A DNA stretch of 59,881 nucleotides, counting the filler. It is 5 parts of 5 records of this genome, joined end to end, with 100 filler letters (N's around TTAATTAATTAA, not from the genome) between each part and the next. Parts side by side here need not be neighbours in the genome. Positions count along the whole stretch, not along the records: positions 24,522 to 40,105 come from SRR20825006_677; positions 40,206 to 59,881 come from SRR20825006_678; 3 more parts are not named here. One strand, given 5' to 3'. Below, one piece after another: positions 31,335 through 40,501 of the stretch. Each line of letters begins with the position of its first letter. Within the stretch, counting starts at the first letter, position 1. The translations under genes were made by a program, and so were the position numbers. The notes under the pieces are model-generated. The model saw only the letters and a list, made by a program, of their open reading frames with translations. It searched no databases and was not told the origin of the DNA.

Positions 31335-32312
31335 ATGAGAGAAGTTGCATTTATCAAACAAAATAAAGAAAAATGGCTCAATTTTGAAAAGGCTATTTTC
31401 CATAATCAATTTAAAGACCCAGACGACCTTGCTTCTCAGTACATTCATTTAATTAATGATTTGTCTTTTGCGCAAACCTATTACCCCAAAAGTAAAATAA
31501 TAAACTATTTAAATCAGCTTGCTGCAAAAGCATTTCAAAAAATATATCGGACAAAAAGGCAAGATACTAATAGAATTTTATCTTTTTGGAAAACAGAAGC
31601 TCCTCTTATAGTATTTCAATACCGAAGATATATTGCTTACGCTTTTATTATTTTTTTCTGTTTTGTTACTATCGGAGTTATTTCCGCAGCAAACGACACT
31701 ACTTTTGTTAGACTTATTTTAGGAGAAGATTATGTAAATAGAACTCTAGAGAACATTCAAAAAGGAGATCCTGTTGCTATTTATAAAACAGGAAGTAATT
31801 GGGGTGGGTTTTTAGCTATTACATTTAACAACCTCTTTGTTGGTATAAAATCTTTTATTTATGGCATTTTTGGGGGATTAGGAACAGGGTTTGTACTCAT
31901 GCAAAATGGAATTATGTTGGGCGCATTTCAATATATGTTTCAGCAAGAAGGTGTTTTCTGGGAGAGTGTACGTGGTATTTGGATCCACGGAGCTATGGAA
32001 ATTTTTGCAATTGTAATTGAAGGAGCTGCAGGCTTACTTCTAGGCGCTAATATTTTGTTTCCAAAAACTTTTACCAGAATAGAATCTTTTAAAATTGGAG
32101 TGAAAGATGGAGTGAAAATTTTAATAAGCACCTTCCCTTTTACCATTGCAGCAGGTTTTTTGGAGGGTTTTGTAACTCGCTATTCTAATGCTATGCCACA
32201 TTTTCTCTCTGTAGGAATTATATTAATTACTTTGAGTATTATTTCTTATTACTTTTTAATTTATCCAACTATTGTTTTTAAAAAAATAACCAAAAATTAT
32301 GCAGCTCTATAA
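31335..32312 (+). CDS. SpoIIM-family membrane protein (likely start ATG 31335)
   Basis: MREVAFIKQN N-terminus, NN...NG...IHGAMEI...AGFLEGFVT. Confidence 0.85.
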   Translation: MREVAFIKQNKEKWLNFEKAIFHNQFKDPDDLASQYIHLINDLSFAQTYYPKSKIINYLNQLAAKAFQKIYRTKRQDTNRILSFWKTEAPLIVFQYRRYIAYAFIIFFCFVTIGVISAANDTTFVRLILGEDYVNRTLENIQKGDPVAIYKTGSNWGGFLAITFNNLFVGIKSFIYGIFGGLGTGFVLMQNGIMLGAFQYMFQQEGVFWESVRGIWIHGAMEIFAIVIEGAAGLLLGANILFPKTFTRIESFKIGVKDGVKILISTFPFTIAAGFLEGFVTRYSNAMPHFLSVGIILITLSIISYYFLIYPTIVFKKITKNYAAL

Positions 32313-33231
32313 ATCCAGATCTTTTGGAGACTTTTTTTCTGATACATTTACTTTTCTAAAAGAAAACGGAAAACACTTTTATAAAAACTACTTTATCATC
32401 AATGGGATCTTTATTATTCTATTAATGGTAATGATATTTTTCTTTTTTCGCTTTTATAACAATATAATATTCTCAGATTTTACAACTGGTTCTGGAGATC
32501 CATTTACCAATTATATCGACGAAAATATAGGCACTGTTTTAATATTTGGTTCTTTATTTTTTATACTTGGACTCTTACTAGGAGTTATTAATTATGCATA
32601 TACTCCAATTTATTTTCTTCTATTTGAAAAGCACGGCGGCAAGAATTTTACTAAAAATGATCTTATAAATGAATTAAAAACACAGTTAGGAAAGATTTTT
32701 ATCTTTTTATTAGCAGGGTTTTTAATTTCGATTCCTACATTTATTGCAACCTTAATTATTTGTGGGATTCTAGCCGTAACTATTATAGGAATTCCATTAC
32801 TTTTAATTGTTTTTGCATGGCTAGCTCAGTTTTACTTTATAGCTTTTATAGCCTATTTACAAACAGACAAAGGAGTATTTGATTGTTTCTCGTACAGTTT
32901 TAATCTTTCCTTCAAAAAGTTTTGGTCTGCAAATGGTTGTGTAGCATTATTTTATATAATTATTCAAACAGTACAAACTATCATAACAATAATTCCTTAT
33001 AGCTTTTTAATTGGCTCCTTTGTTTTAGGTGCTGAAAACGGTTCTAACACAAACGAACAAACACTAACTGCAATTACTTTAATGACAATTACCTATATGG
33101 TTGCCTTCTTTATAAACCTAATAATGGTTACTGTTTTACAAATGAATGAAAGCATTATCTACTTTAGCTTAAAAGAAGAAACCGAAAACATTAATACAAA
33201 AAGTGTGATAGACGAAATAGGAAGTTATTAA
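32299..33231 (+). CDS. Conserved membrane protein of the MoxR cluster
   Basis: RSFGDFFSDTF.F N-terminus, multiple TM helices, overlaps the upstream gene. Confidence 0.7.
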   Translation: MQLYKSRSFGDFFSDTFTFLKENGKHFYKNYFIINGIFIILLMVMIFFFFRFYNNIIFSDFTTGSGDPFTNYIDENIGTVLIFGSLFFILGLLLGVINYAYTPIYFLLFEKHGGKNFTKNDLINELKTQLGKIFIFLLAGFLISIPTFIATLIICGILAVTIIGIPLLLIVFAWLAQFYFIAFIAYLQTDKGVFDCFSYSFNLSFKKFWSANGCVALFYIIIQTVQTIITIIPYSFLIGSFVLGAENGSNTNEQTLTAITLMTITYMVAFFINLIMVTVLQMNESIIYFSLKEETENINTKSVIDEIGSY

Positions 33232-33232
33232 T

Positions 33233-33982
33233 ATGCGATTAAAACGATTACTCTTTTTTTTATTATTTCTCACGCTTACTTTTAGTTTTGGACAAACAGC
33301 TGCCAATAAAAAAAGTATTGGAGACACACTTACTATTGATAGAAATTCCGCTATAGAAAAACGTAGTTATACAGAAGGTTTTAAAGACAATTATACTGCT
33401 GAAAAATATCAATATGAAGTGGATGCCGCGCCAAATGGTTGGTTTTCTAGACTGAAACAATGGTTTAAAGACCTTTTTATAAAGTTATTTCAGCTAAACA
33501 ATGATGTCGAAGCAAATAAGTTAATAGATATTATTTCTCGGATTGTCTATTTACTCATTATTATTGTTGTAATCTACATCATTGTAAAAGCTATTTTAAA
33601 TAAAGAAGGAAGATGGATTTTTGGTCGCTATTCTGATAAAAAAAGTCTTAACATTCAAGACATAGAAGCCAATATCCATAAAACCGATTTCAAAACTCTA
33701 ATTGAGCAAGCATCTAAAGAAGAAAATTATAGACTAGCCATTCGTTATTATTATTTATGGCTTTTAAAAGAACTTTCAGAAAGAGAATATATAGATTATG
33801 ACGTTGAAAAAACTAATAGCGATTATATAAATGAACTTAATGATGCTAACTTAAAAACAAAATTCTCATACACTTCTTACCTTTATAATTATATCTGGTA
33901 TGGAGAGTTTCCTATTGAAAAATTGGCTTATACAGAGGCAGTAGATCGTTTTGAAAACCTTTTAAATTTGGTTAGAAAATGA
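33233..33982 (+). CDS. DUF4129 domain protein
   Basis: YRLAIRYYYL, EKTNSDY, YIWYGEF. Confidence 0.8.
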   Translation: MRLKRLLFFLLFLTLTFSFGQTAANKKSIGDTLTIDRNSAIEKRSYTEGFKDNYTAEKYQYEVDAAPNGWFSRLKQWFKDLFIKLFQLNNDVEANKLIDIISRIVYLLIIIVVIYIIVKAILNKEGRWIFGRYSDKKSLNIQDIEANIHKTDFKTLIEQASKEENYRLAIRYYYLWLLKELSEREYIDYDVEKTNSDYINELNDANLKTKFSYTSYLYNYIWYGEFPIEKLAYTEAVDRFENLLNLVRK

Positions 33983-35175
33983 ACAGGACTTTAAAAATAT
34001 ACGTAAGCGTTTTGGTTTTACTGTTTATTGGAGCTATTATTTTTGAAGTTTCAAGACCCAAACCTGTTGATTGGACTCCTTCTTTTAGTGAAAAACATAC
34101 CATTCCCTATGGGCTTAAAGTTTTCCGAGATGAGTTACCGAGTCTCTTTCCAAACGATTCTATTGTAAATTTACATCGAACTGCATATGAGTTTTTAAAC
34201 GACCATTATAATTGGGAAGATTCTACCTATTCTATAAAAGGGAGTTATCTAAAAATTAATCCAAACTTCACTATTGATGCGGTTTCAGTAGAAAAAATAT
34301 TAGAATTTGCCAGCCAAGGAAATACTGTTTTTATTGCTTCGGAACAATTTCCACAAATATTACAAGATACGCTTCAATTTAAATTAAAAAATAACTATAG
34401 TTTTAGTGGAAGCGCTACTTTTAAATTATCTAATAACGCTTTTAAAGGAGATTCTATTGTTGCATCTAAAGGAAGTAGTAATTATTATTTCCACGAATTA
34501 AATAAAGAAAATACTACTGTTTTAGGCTCTCAAAAATTTAAAGAAGAACATATTAATTTCGTTAAAATAAAATTTAAAAAAGGAGCTATTCTCTTACATA
34601 CACAGCCTTATGCGTTTACCAATTATTATCTTTTAAAAGACACTAATTACAACTATGTTTCAGATGTTTTAACGTATTTACCAAATGGAACTGTGCTTTT
34701 TGACTCAGATTATAAGGAAGGGACGTATGTCTCCGACTCTCCTTTACGCTTTATTTTCTCACAACCTTCTTTAAAGTGGGCATGGCTTTTAGCGCTATTT
34801 TTTATTATTACTTTTATGCTTTTTAATGCAAAAAGGAGGCAAAGAGCTATAAAAATTATAACTCCATTACGCAATACTACCGTACAGTTTACAAAAACAG
34901 TAGCCAATTTATATTACGAGTCTAAAGACCACACAAATATTATTGATAAAAAAATAACCTATTTCTTTGAACAAATCCGGAGAGATTATCATTTAAATAC
35001 AGAACTTTTAGATGACAAATTTATAAGCAGATTAGCATCCAAAACTGGAGTCAGTAAAAATAAAGTACAAAAACTTATTCAATATATTCTGGCTTTAAGA
35101 ACTAAAACTATACATACCGAAAAAGACCTTGTAGATTTAAATAAATTAATTGAAGAATTTTATCAGAAAAAATAA
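33979..35175 (+). CDS. DUF4350 domain protein
   Basis: DWTPSF..PYG, GNTVFIAS, KRRQR.I...N....F...VANLY. Confidence 0.75.
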   Translation: MNRTLKIYVSVLVLLFIGAIIFEVSRPKPVDWTPSFSEKHTIPYGLKVFRDELPSLFPNDSIVNLHRTAYEFLNDHYNWEDSTYSIKGSYLKINPNFTIDAVSVEKILEFASQGNTVFIASEQFPQILQDTLQFKLKNNYSFSGSATFKLSNNAFKGDSIVASKGSSNYYFHELNKENTTVLGSQKFKEEHINFVKIKFKKGAILLHTQPYAFTNYYLLKDTNYNYVSDVLTYLPNGTVLFDSDYKEGTYVSDSPLRFIFSQPSLKWAWLLALFFIITFMLFNAKRRQRAIKIITPLRNTTVQFTKTVANLYYESKDHTNIIDKKITYFFEQIRRDYHLNTELLDDKFISRLASKTGVSKNKVQKLIQYILALRTKTIHTEKDLVDLNKLIEEFYQKK

Positions 35176-35177
35176 AT

Positions 35178-36236
35178 ATGGACACACCGATAGAAAATCA
35201 ATCTGAAGAACAAAATAACGATCTAAATAGCGACCAAAACAATGAGCAGAATCCGCAACCTAAGGATTTAGCTTTTACAAATAGAATAGATCTTACAGAA
35301 CTCCAAACTGCAATTAATGGCATAAAAACAGAAATAGGAAAAGTTATTGTTGGTCAGAAACACATGATTGATATGCTCCTAACAGCGCTGCTAGCCAATG
35401 GTCATGTTTTAATTGAAGGAGTTCCAGGAATTGCAAAAACCATTACGGCAAAATTATTAGCTAAAACACTTACTGTAGATTTTAGTAGAATCCAATTTAC
35501 GCCAGATTTAATGCCTTCTGATATTTTAGGAACTTCAATTTTCGACCTTAAAAAATCTGAATTCGAGTTTAAAAAAGGCCCTGTTTTTACCAATATGCTA
35601 CTTATAGATGAAATTAATAGAGCTCCAGCAAAAACTCAAGCTGCACTTTTTGAAGTAATGGAAGAAAAACAAATAACCATGGACGGAACACGCTACTTAT
35701 TACCGCCTCCATTTATGGTTCTTGCCACTCAAAATCCAATAGAACAAGAAGGAACCTACCGATTGCCAGAGGCACAACTAGACCGTTTTTTATTTAAAAT
35801 AGACATCCATTACCCTACTTTAGAAGAAGAAGTTGAAATTATTTTAAGAGAACATCAATTAAAAGAAAATAAAAAAATTGACCAAGTAACTTCTTTCTTA
35901 ACACAAGAAGAAATTATTAAATACCAAGAATTGGTAAACGAAATTATTATAGAGCCCAACCTCATTAAATATATTGCTGAAATTGTAAGTCAAACACGTA
36001 GCAATGAGTTTTTATATATGGGAGCTTCTCCTAGAGCATCCATTGCTATATTAAAGGCATCAAAGGCTTTTGCCGCTATTAATGGTCGTGATTTTGTAAC
36101 TCCAGAAGATATTAAAACAGTGGCTTTACCAGTAATTCAACACCGAATTATTATTACTCCAGAACGAGAAATGGAAGGTATTACTGCTAAGCAAATAGTA
36201 AATCAATTAATTCAAAGTATCGAAATTCCACGATAA
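35178..36236 (+). CDS. MoxR-family AAA+ ATPase
   Basis: GVPGIAKT, RIQFTPDLMPSD, DEINRAPAKTQ, ATQNPIEQEGTY. Confidence 0.95.
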   Translation: MDTPIENQSEEQNNDLNSDQNNEQNPQPKDLAFTNRIDLTELQTAINGIKTEIGKVIVGQKHMIDMLLTALLANGHVLIEGVPGIAKTITAKLLAKTLTVDFSRIQFTPDLMPSDILGTSIFDLKKSEFEFKKGPVFTNMLLIDEINRAPAKTQAALFEVMEEKQITMDGTRYLLPPPFMVLATQNPIEQEGTYRLPEAQLDRFLFKIDIHYPTLEEEVEIILREHQLKENKKIDQVTSFLTQEEIIKYQELVNEIIIEPNLIKYIAEIVSQTRSNEFLYMGASPRASIAILKASKAFAAINGRDFVTPEDIKTVALPVIQHRIIITPEREMEGITAKQIVNQLIQSIEIPR

Positions 36237-36260
36237 AACACTTTTGAAAAAACATTTTTT

Positions 36261-37592
36261 ATGAAACTCATCAAGCAACTTTATATCGAAAATCGATTTT
36301 ATTATTTCGCTTCAGGGATAGTTGTATTATTTCTGTTGAGTTTTATTTTAGAATGGTTATTTTTTATTGCACAAATAGCTTTCTTTAGCTTTATAGCTTT
36401 TTTTGTTTTGGATGTTTTAGTGTTATTCTTTGTAAAAAAAGGGTTGATAGCTTCAAGAGAAGCACCAGATAAATTCTCTAACGGCGATCAAAATATCATC
36501 CTTATTCATCTAGAAAACCAATATAATTTTCCAGTAAACGTCATTATTATTGATGAAATCCCAGAGCAATTTCAAATTCGTAATTTCAAAATTTCTAAAG
36601 CGTTAAAAGCTTCAGAGAAGTCAACATTACAATATGAACTCAGACCAACAAAGCGTGGAGAATATTATTTTGGAAGACTCAACATATACATTTCTAGCTT
36701 TATAGGTTTTGTTAGTAAGCGTTATTTATTTTCAGAAAATAAAATGGTTCCTACATATCCTGCCTTTCTTCAGTTAAAAAAATACGATTTACTGGCCATT
36801 TCAAACAGTTTACATCAATATGGAATAAAAAAAATACGAAGAATTGGACATACCATGGAATTCGAGCAAATAAAAGAATATGTTCAAGGAGACGATTTAA
36901 GAACAATTAATTGGAAAGCCACAGCTAAGAGAAACCAATTAATGGTAAATCAATTTCAAGATGAAAAATCGCAACCAGTATACGCTGTTATAGACAAAGG
37001 GCGTGTAATGAAAATGCCTTTTAATGATTTAAGTTTATTAGATTATGCCATTAATGCTACTTTGGTAATTAGCAATGTTGTTTTAAAAAAGCAAGACAAA
37101 GCTGGAATGTTTACCTTTTCTAAGAAAGTAGAAAATACTGTAATTGCCGAACGTAGAAACAGTCAGATGAATCTTATTTTAGAAACGCTATACAATGTAG
37201 AAACTGATTTTTTTGAAAGTGATTTCGGACGACTTTATGCAGATATAAAAACGCATATTAACCAACGTAGTTTGCTTTTTTTATATACCAATTTTGAAAC
37301 TTTAGATGCGCTTCACAGACAAATTCCATACTTAAAAGCCATTGCTAAAAACCATTTACTTGTAGTTGTATTTTTTGATAATACAGAATTAGATTCGCTC
37401 ATCAAAAATCCTGCGAATTCTATTCAAGAGGTCTATGATAAAGTAATTGCAGAAAAGTTTGCTTTTGAAAAACGATTAATTGTTAATGAATTAAAGAAAT
37501 ACGGAATCTATTCAATCCTTACTTCGCCAGAAAACCTTACTATCGACACCATTAATAAGTATCTAGAAATAAAGGCACGCGGACTCATATAA
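36261..37592 (+). CDS. DUF58 domain protein
   Basis: EFEQIKEYVQGDDLRTINWKATA. Confidence 0.92.
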   Translation: MKLIKQLYIENRFYYFASGIVVLFLLSFILEWLFFIAQIAFFSFIAFFVLDVLVLFFVKKGLIASREAPDKFSNGDQNIILIHLENQYNFPVNVIIIDEIPEQFQIRNFKISKALKASEKSTLQYELRPTKRGEYYFGRLNIYISSFIGFVSKRYLFSENKMVPTYPAFLQLKKYDLLAISNSLHQYGIKKIRRIGHTMEFEQIKEYVQGDDLRTINWKATAKRNQLMVNQFQDEKSQPVYAVIDKGRVMKMPFNDLSLLDYAINATLVISNVVLKKQDKAGMFTFSKKVENTVIAERRNSQMNLILETLYNVETDFFESDFGRLYADIKTHINQRSLLFLYTNFETLDALHRQIPYLKAIAKNHLLVVVFFDNTELDSLIKNPANSIQEVYDKVIAEKFAFEKRLIVNELKKYGIYSILTSPENLTIDTINKYLEIKARGLI

Positions 37593-37695
37593 TACAATTC
37601 ATCCATTATAAACAACAACTCAGTAACTAATAATAGTTTTTATCTGTTTTTGTTAAGTTCTTTGGTTTACTAATCAATTTTAAAAGAATTTAATC

Positions 37696-38124
37696 ATGAA
37701 AACAGCATCCTTATTAATCGCATTTTTGCTACTTCAAACAATCAATGCACAAGAAATTACTAAAGACAACACTGGAATTAGTATAGACGTTATTATAGAC
37801 AATATAACCAACAACAACGGAAAAGTATTGCTATCTCTTAATACGGAAGAAACCTTTATGAAAGGAAAAGGTATTATGAATCTGCAAAGTGAAATTGAAA
37901 ATGGTAAAATCCACGTCACTTTTAACAATGTACCCCCTGGAAAATATGCAATCTTAGCTTTGCATGATGCAAATGATAATAAACGTATGGATTTTGACAC
38001 CTCGGGGATGCCAATGGAGAGTTATGGAATGTCTAATAACGAGATGAGCTATGGGCCACCACAATTTAGTGATGCATCATTTACAGTTGGAAAAGAAAAT
38101 TTGTCGTTCAATATTCGATTTTAA
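37696..38124 (+). CDS. DUF2141 exported protein
   Basis: PGKYAILALHDAN.N..MD...GMPMESYGMSNN...GPPQF. Confidence 0.88.
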   Translation: MKTASLLIAFLLLQTINAQEITKDNTGISIDVIIDNITNNNGKVLLSLNTEETFMKGKGIMNLQSEIENGKIHVTFNNVPPGKYAILALHDANDNKRMDFDTSGMPMESYGMSNNEMSYGPPQFSDASFTVGKENLSFNIRF

Positions 38125-38245
38125 TCTATTCCTAGAATCTAAGTTTACTATCATATTAGCTTAATAATCAGATTTTTAAATCAATTCCTTATCTACTATA
38201 AAATTTTCTAATAGTTTTGTATTTTTATGGCTTAAATAATAAAAA

Positions 38246-39187
38246 ATGACCATTACACAATTACAATATGTTTTGGCTGTAGCCGAATATCAAAATTTTA
38301 CACATGCTGCGGAAAAAAGCTTTGTTACACAGCCTACATTAAGCATGCAAATACAAAAGTTGGAAGATGAGCTAGATATTTTAATTTTTGACAGAAGTAA
38401 AAAACCCATTCAACTAACACAAGTAGGAGAAAAAATAGTTGAACAAGCTAAGAATATTGTTAATGAATCTTACCGAATAAAAGATATTGTAGACCAACAA
38501 AAAGGTTATATAGGTGGAGAATACCGATTGGGGATTATTCCTACAATAATGCCTACATTACTCCCTCTTTTTCTGAAAAATTTTGTAAATAAATACCCTA
38601 AAGTAAATCTTAAAATAGAAGAGCAAAATACAGAAACTCTTATAGAAAAGCTTGAAGATGGTTATTTGGATGCTGCCATTGCCGCTACCCCACTTGATAA
38701 TGAGAATATAAAAGAACGGGCGCTTTATTATGAGCCATTTGTGGCATACGTTCCAGAAAACCACCGATTAAATAAATTAGATAAAATAAGCGTTAATGAT
38801 TTAGATCTCGACGATATATTATTATTAGAAGATGGCCATTGTTTTCGAGATGGGGTTATTAATTTATGTAAATCGAAAAAAGGGTTTAGAGATGAACAAT
38901 TTCAATTGGAAAGCGGCAGCTTCGAAACTATGATGAAATTGGCAGATGAAGGGCTTGGAATGACTTTACTTCCATATTTACACACCTTGAATATGAGTGA
39001 AACTCAAAAAAAGCATTTACGTTATTTTACAGAACCTAATCCTGCAAGAGAAGTAAGTTTAATTTATCATAAAAGTGAATTAAAAATCCATATTACAGAC
39101 GCTTTAAAAGATATTATTTCTGGAGTTGTAAGAGGAGCAATTGCATTTCAAAATGTAAAAATAGTGAGCCCTCTCCATAAAAAATAG
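38246..39187 (+). CDS. oxyR: OxyR, H2O2-responsive LysR regulator
   Basis: LysR HTH (VTQPTLSMQI) and GHCFRDGVINLC carrying both redox cysteines. Confidence 0.9.
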   Translation: MTITQLQYVLAVAEYQNFTHAAEKSFVTQPTLSMQIQKLEDELDILIFDRSKKPIQLTQVGEKIVEQAKNIVNESYRIKDIVDQQKGYIGGEYRLGIIPTIMPTLLPLFLKNFVNKYPKVNLKIEEQNTETLIEKLEDGYLDAAIAATPLDNENIKERALYYEPFVAYVPENHRLNKLDKISVNDLDLDDILLLEDGHCFRDGVINLCKSKKGFRDEQFQLESGSFETMMKLADEGLGMTLLPYLHTLNMSETQKKHLRYFTEPNPAREVSLIYHKSELKIHITDALKDIISGVVRGAIAFQNVKIVSPLHKK

Positions 39188-39201
39188 AAGTTTTGTAAAA
39201 C

Positions 39202-39230
39202 AAAAAAATCCGCATTTAGCGGATTTTTTT
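39202..39230. terminator. Bidirectional intrinsic terminator
   Basis: AAAAAAATCCGC-ATTTA-GCGGATTTTTTT between convergent genes. Confidence 0.85.
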
Positions 39231-39233
39231 ATG

Positions 39234-39431
39234 TTATTGTTTAAAATAAATTAATGATTTAGATAATTCGGGTTTCCCTTGAATGTAAAAATTAAGCCAT
39301 ATTCTTAACTCATCCAATTCATAGGGTAACAACCTTTTAGCAGCTTTCTCCAATTCTTTACAAAATAGTTTAGGATCAAAACTTACTTTTTGTAACACCG
39401 TTTTGGTGTATTCAAACATAGCTCTTGCCAT
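39234..39431 (-). CDS. Small conserved Flavobacteriia hypothetical protein
   Basis: 65 aa, MARAMFEYTKTVLQKVSFD..LFCKELEKA; ends at the terminator. Confidence 0.75.
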   Translation of the reverse strand: MARAMFEYTKTVLQKVSFDPKLFCKELEKAAKRLLPYELDELRIWLNFYIQGKPELSKSLIYFKQ

Positions 39432-39527
39432 TGTCTTATAGGTTTAATAATTGGTTGTCTAAAATTAACGTTAGATTCAATATAAAATTGTTGGCTAACC
39501 GTTAAAATCAAATTTTAAATGTTAAAG

Positions 39528-39899
39528 TTAAGAAGCGCTTCTAATTTCGGATAGCTCTTCATAACGATGTATTTCTTTTGGATTTTGTCCGTATTCATTT
39601 ACTCCTTCTTGTCCTTCAGCAAATAAAAGCCAAAAACCATAAAAAGGAATCAATTGGTACCATCCTGTATGTCCTAAGTCGTGACATCTTTTAGTATTCT
39701 GTGCAACATTAAAATAAAAAACAGGTAAAAGAAAAACCCAAAACAACAAACTCATTCCTGTTGCATCGGTTTCTATTAAATTAACTGATAAGGTTGTAAG
39801 AAAAATTGCTATACAATAGCCAATGGCGGAAAAAATTAGACTCAAGCCATATTCTGTTCGTCTAATTCTGCCTTCGTAGGTAAAAGGGTTTTTAAACAT
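39528..39899 (-). CDS. DUF805 membrane protein
   Basis: GRIRRTEY, KRCHDLG..GW, GVNEYGQNP. Confidence 0.9.
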   Translation of the reverse strand: MFKNPFTYEGRIRRTEYGLSLIFSAIGYCIAIFLTTLSVNLIETDATGMSLLFWVFLLPVFYFNVAQNTKRCHDLGHTGWYQLIPFYGFWLLFAEGQEGVNEYGQNPKEIHRYEELSEIRSAS

Positions 39900-40105
39900 A
39901 GGTTGATTATTAAAGATTTAGGTTTTATCAAATATAACAATTTTTAAAATATTCAAAATTAATAATATCAAAATCTCATACTTTTTCGACAAAAGGTTAA
40001 GTATTTATTAATAATTAGCGATTTTTATACTTATTTTGAATTTTAAATTATTGTTGTCCGATAAAAGTTAAACGGAATTTATTGGACTCCAATTATATAA
40101 AGGTT

Positions 40106-40205
40106 NNNNNNNNNNNNNNNNNNNNNNNNNNNNNNNNNNNNNNNNNNNNTTAATTAATTAANNNNNNNNNNNNNNNNNNNNNNNNNNNNNNNNNNNNNNN
40201 NNNNN
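40106..40205. other. Artificial contig linker
   Basis: 44 N + TTAATTAATTAA + 44 N. Confidence 0.98.
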
Positions 40206-40213
40206 AATGGTAT

Positions 40214-40255
40214 AAAATGAAAAATCCCGTAAACATTGATGGTTTACGGGGTTTT
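40214..40255 (-). terminator. Hairpin/intrinsic terminator next to the putative att core
   Basis: AAAATCCCGTAAAC-n7-GTTTACGGGGTTTT; T-tract on the minus strand. Confidence 0.65.
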
Positions 40256-40277
40256 GTTGGAGCTTATTCCGCTCTCA

Positions 40278-40290
40278 GCGGAGAAAGAGG
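40278..40290 (-). mobile_element. Putative att core: duplicated 3' end of a tRNA-Ser
   Basis: Minus strand reads CCTCTTTCTCCGC, like a tRNA-Ser acceptor end (...GTTCGAATCCCTCTTTCTCCGC), but with no T-arm upstream. Confidence 0.55.
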
Positions 40291-40501
40291 AACTACATCT
40301 TTTTGGATTTTTTGAGGATTTATAATGTCTTGAAGAGGGTTGAAAATTGACTGACACCTAATTGGACAAACTTTAACATTTTTAACATTTTACAGTTATA
40401 TTTTGCTCATAAATAAACTATTATGTTCTAAGATTGGAATATTAAGTCTAATATTATTTAATCTATGAATAAAAGTCGAATAGGAGGTTTAAGTCTTTTA
40501 A

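Noticed and set aside
40261-40330. Intact tRNA gene
   Set aside because: Only a 13-bp acceptor-end match, with no TTCGAA T-loop, anticodon arm or D arm.
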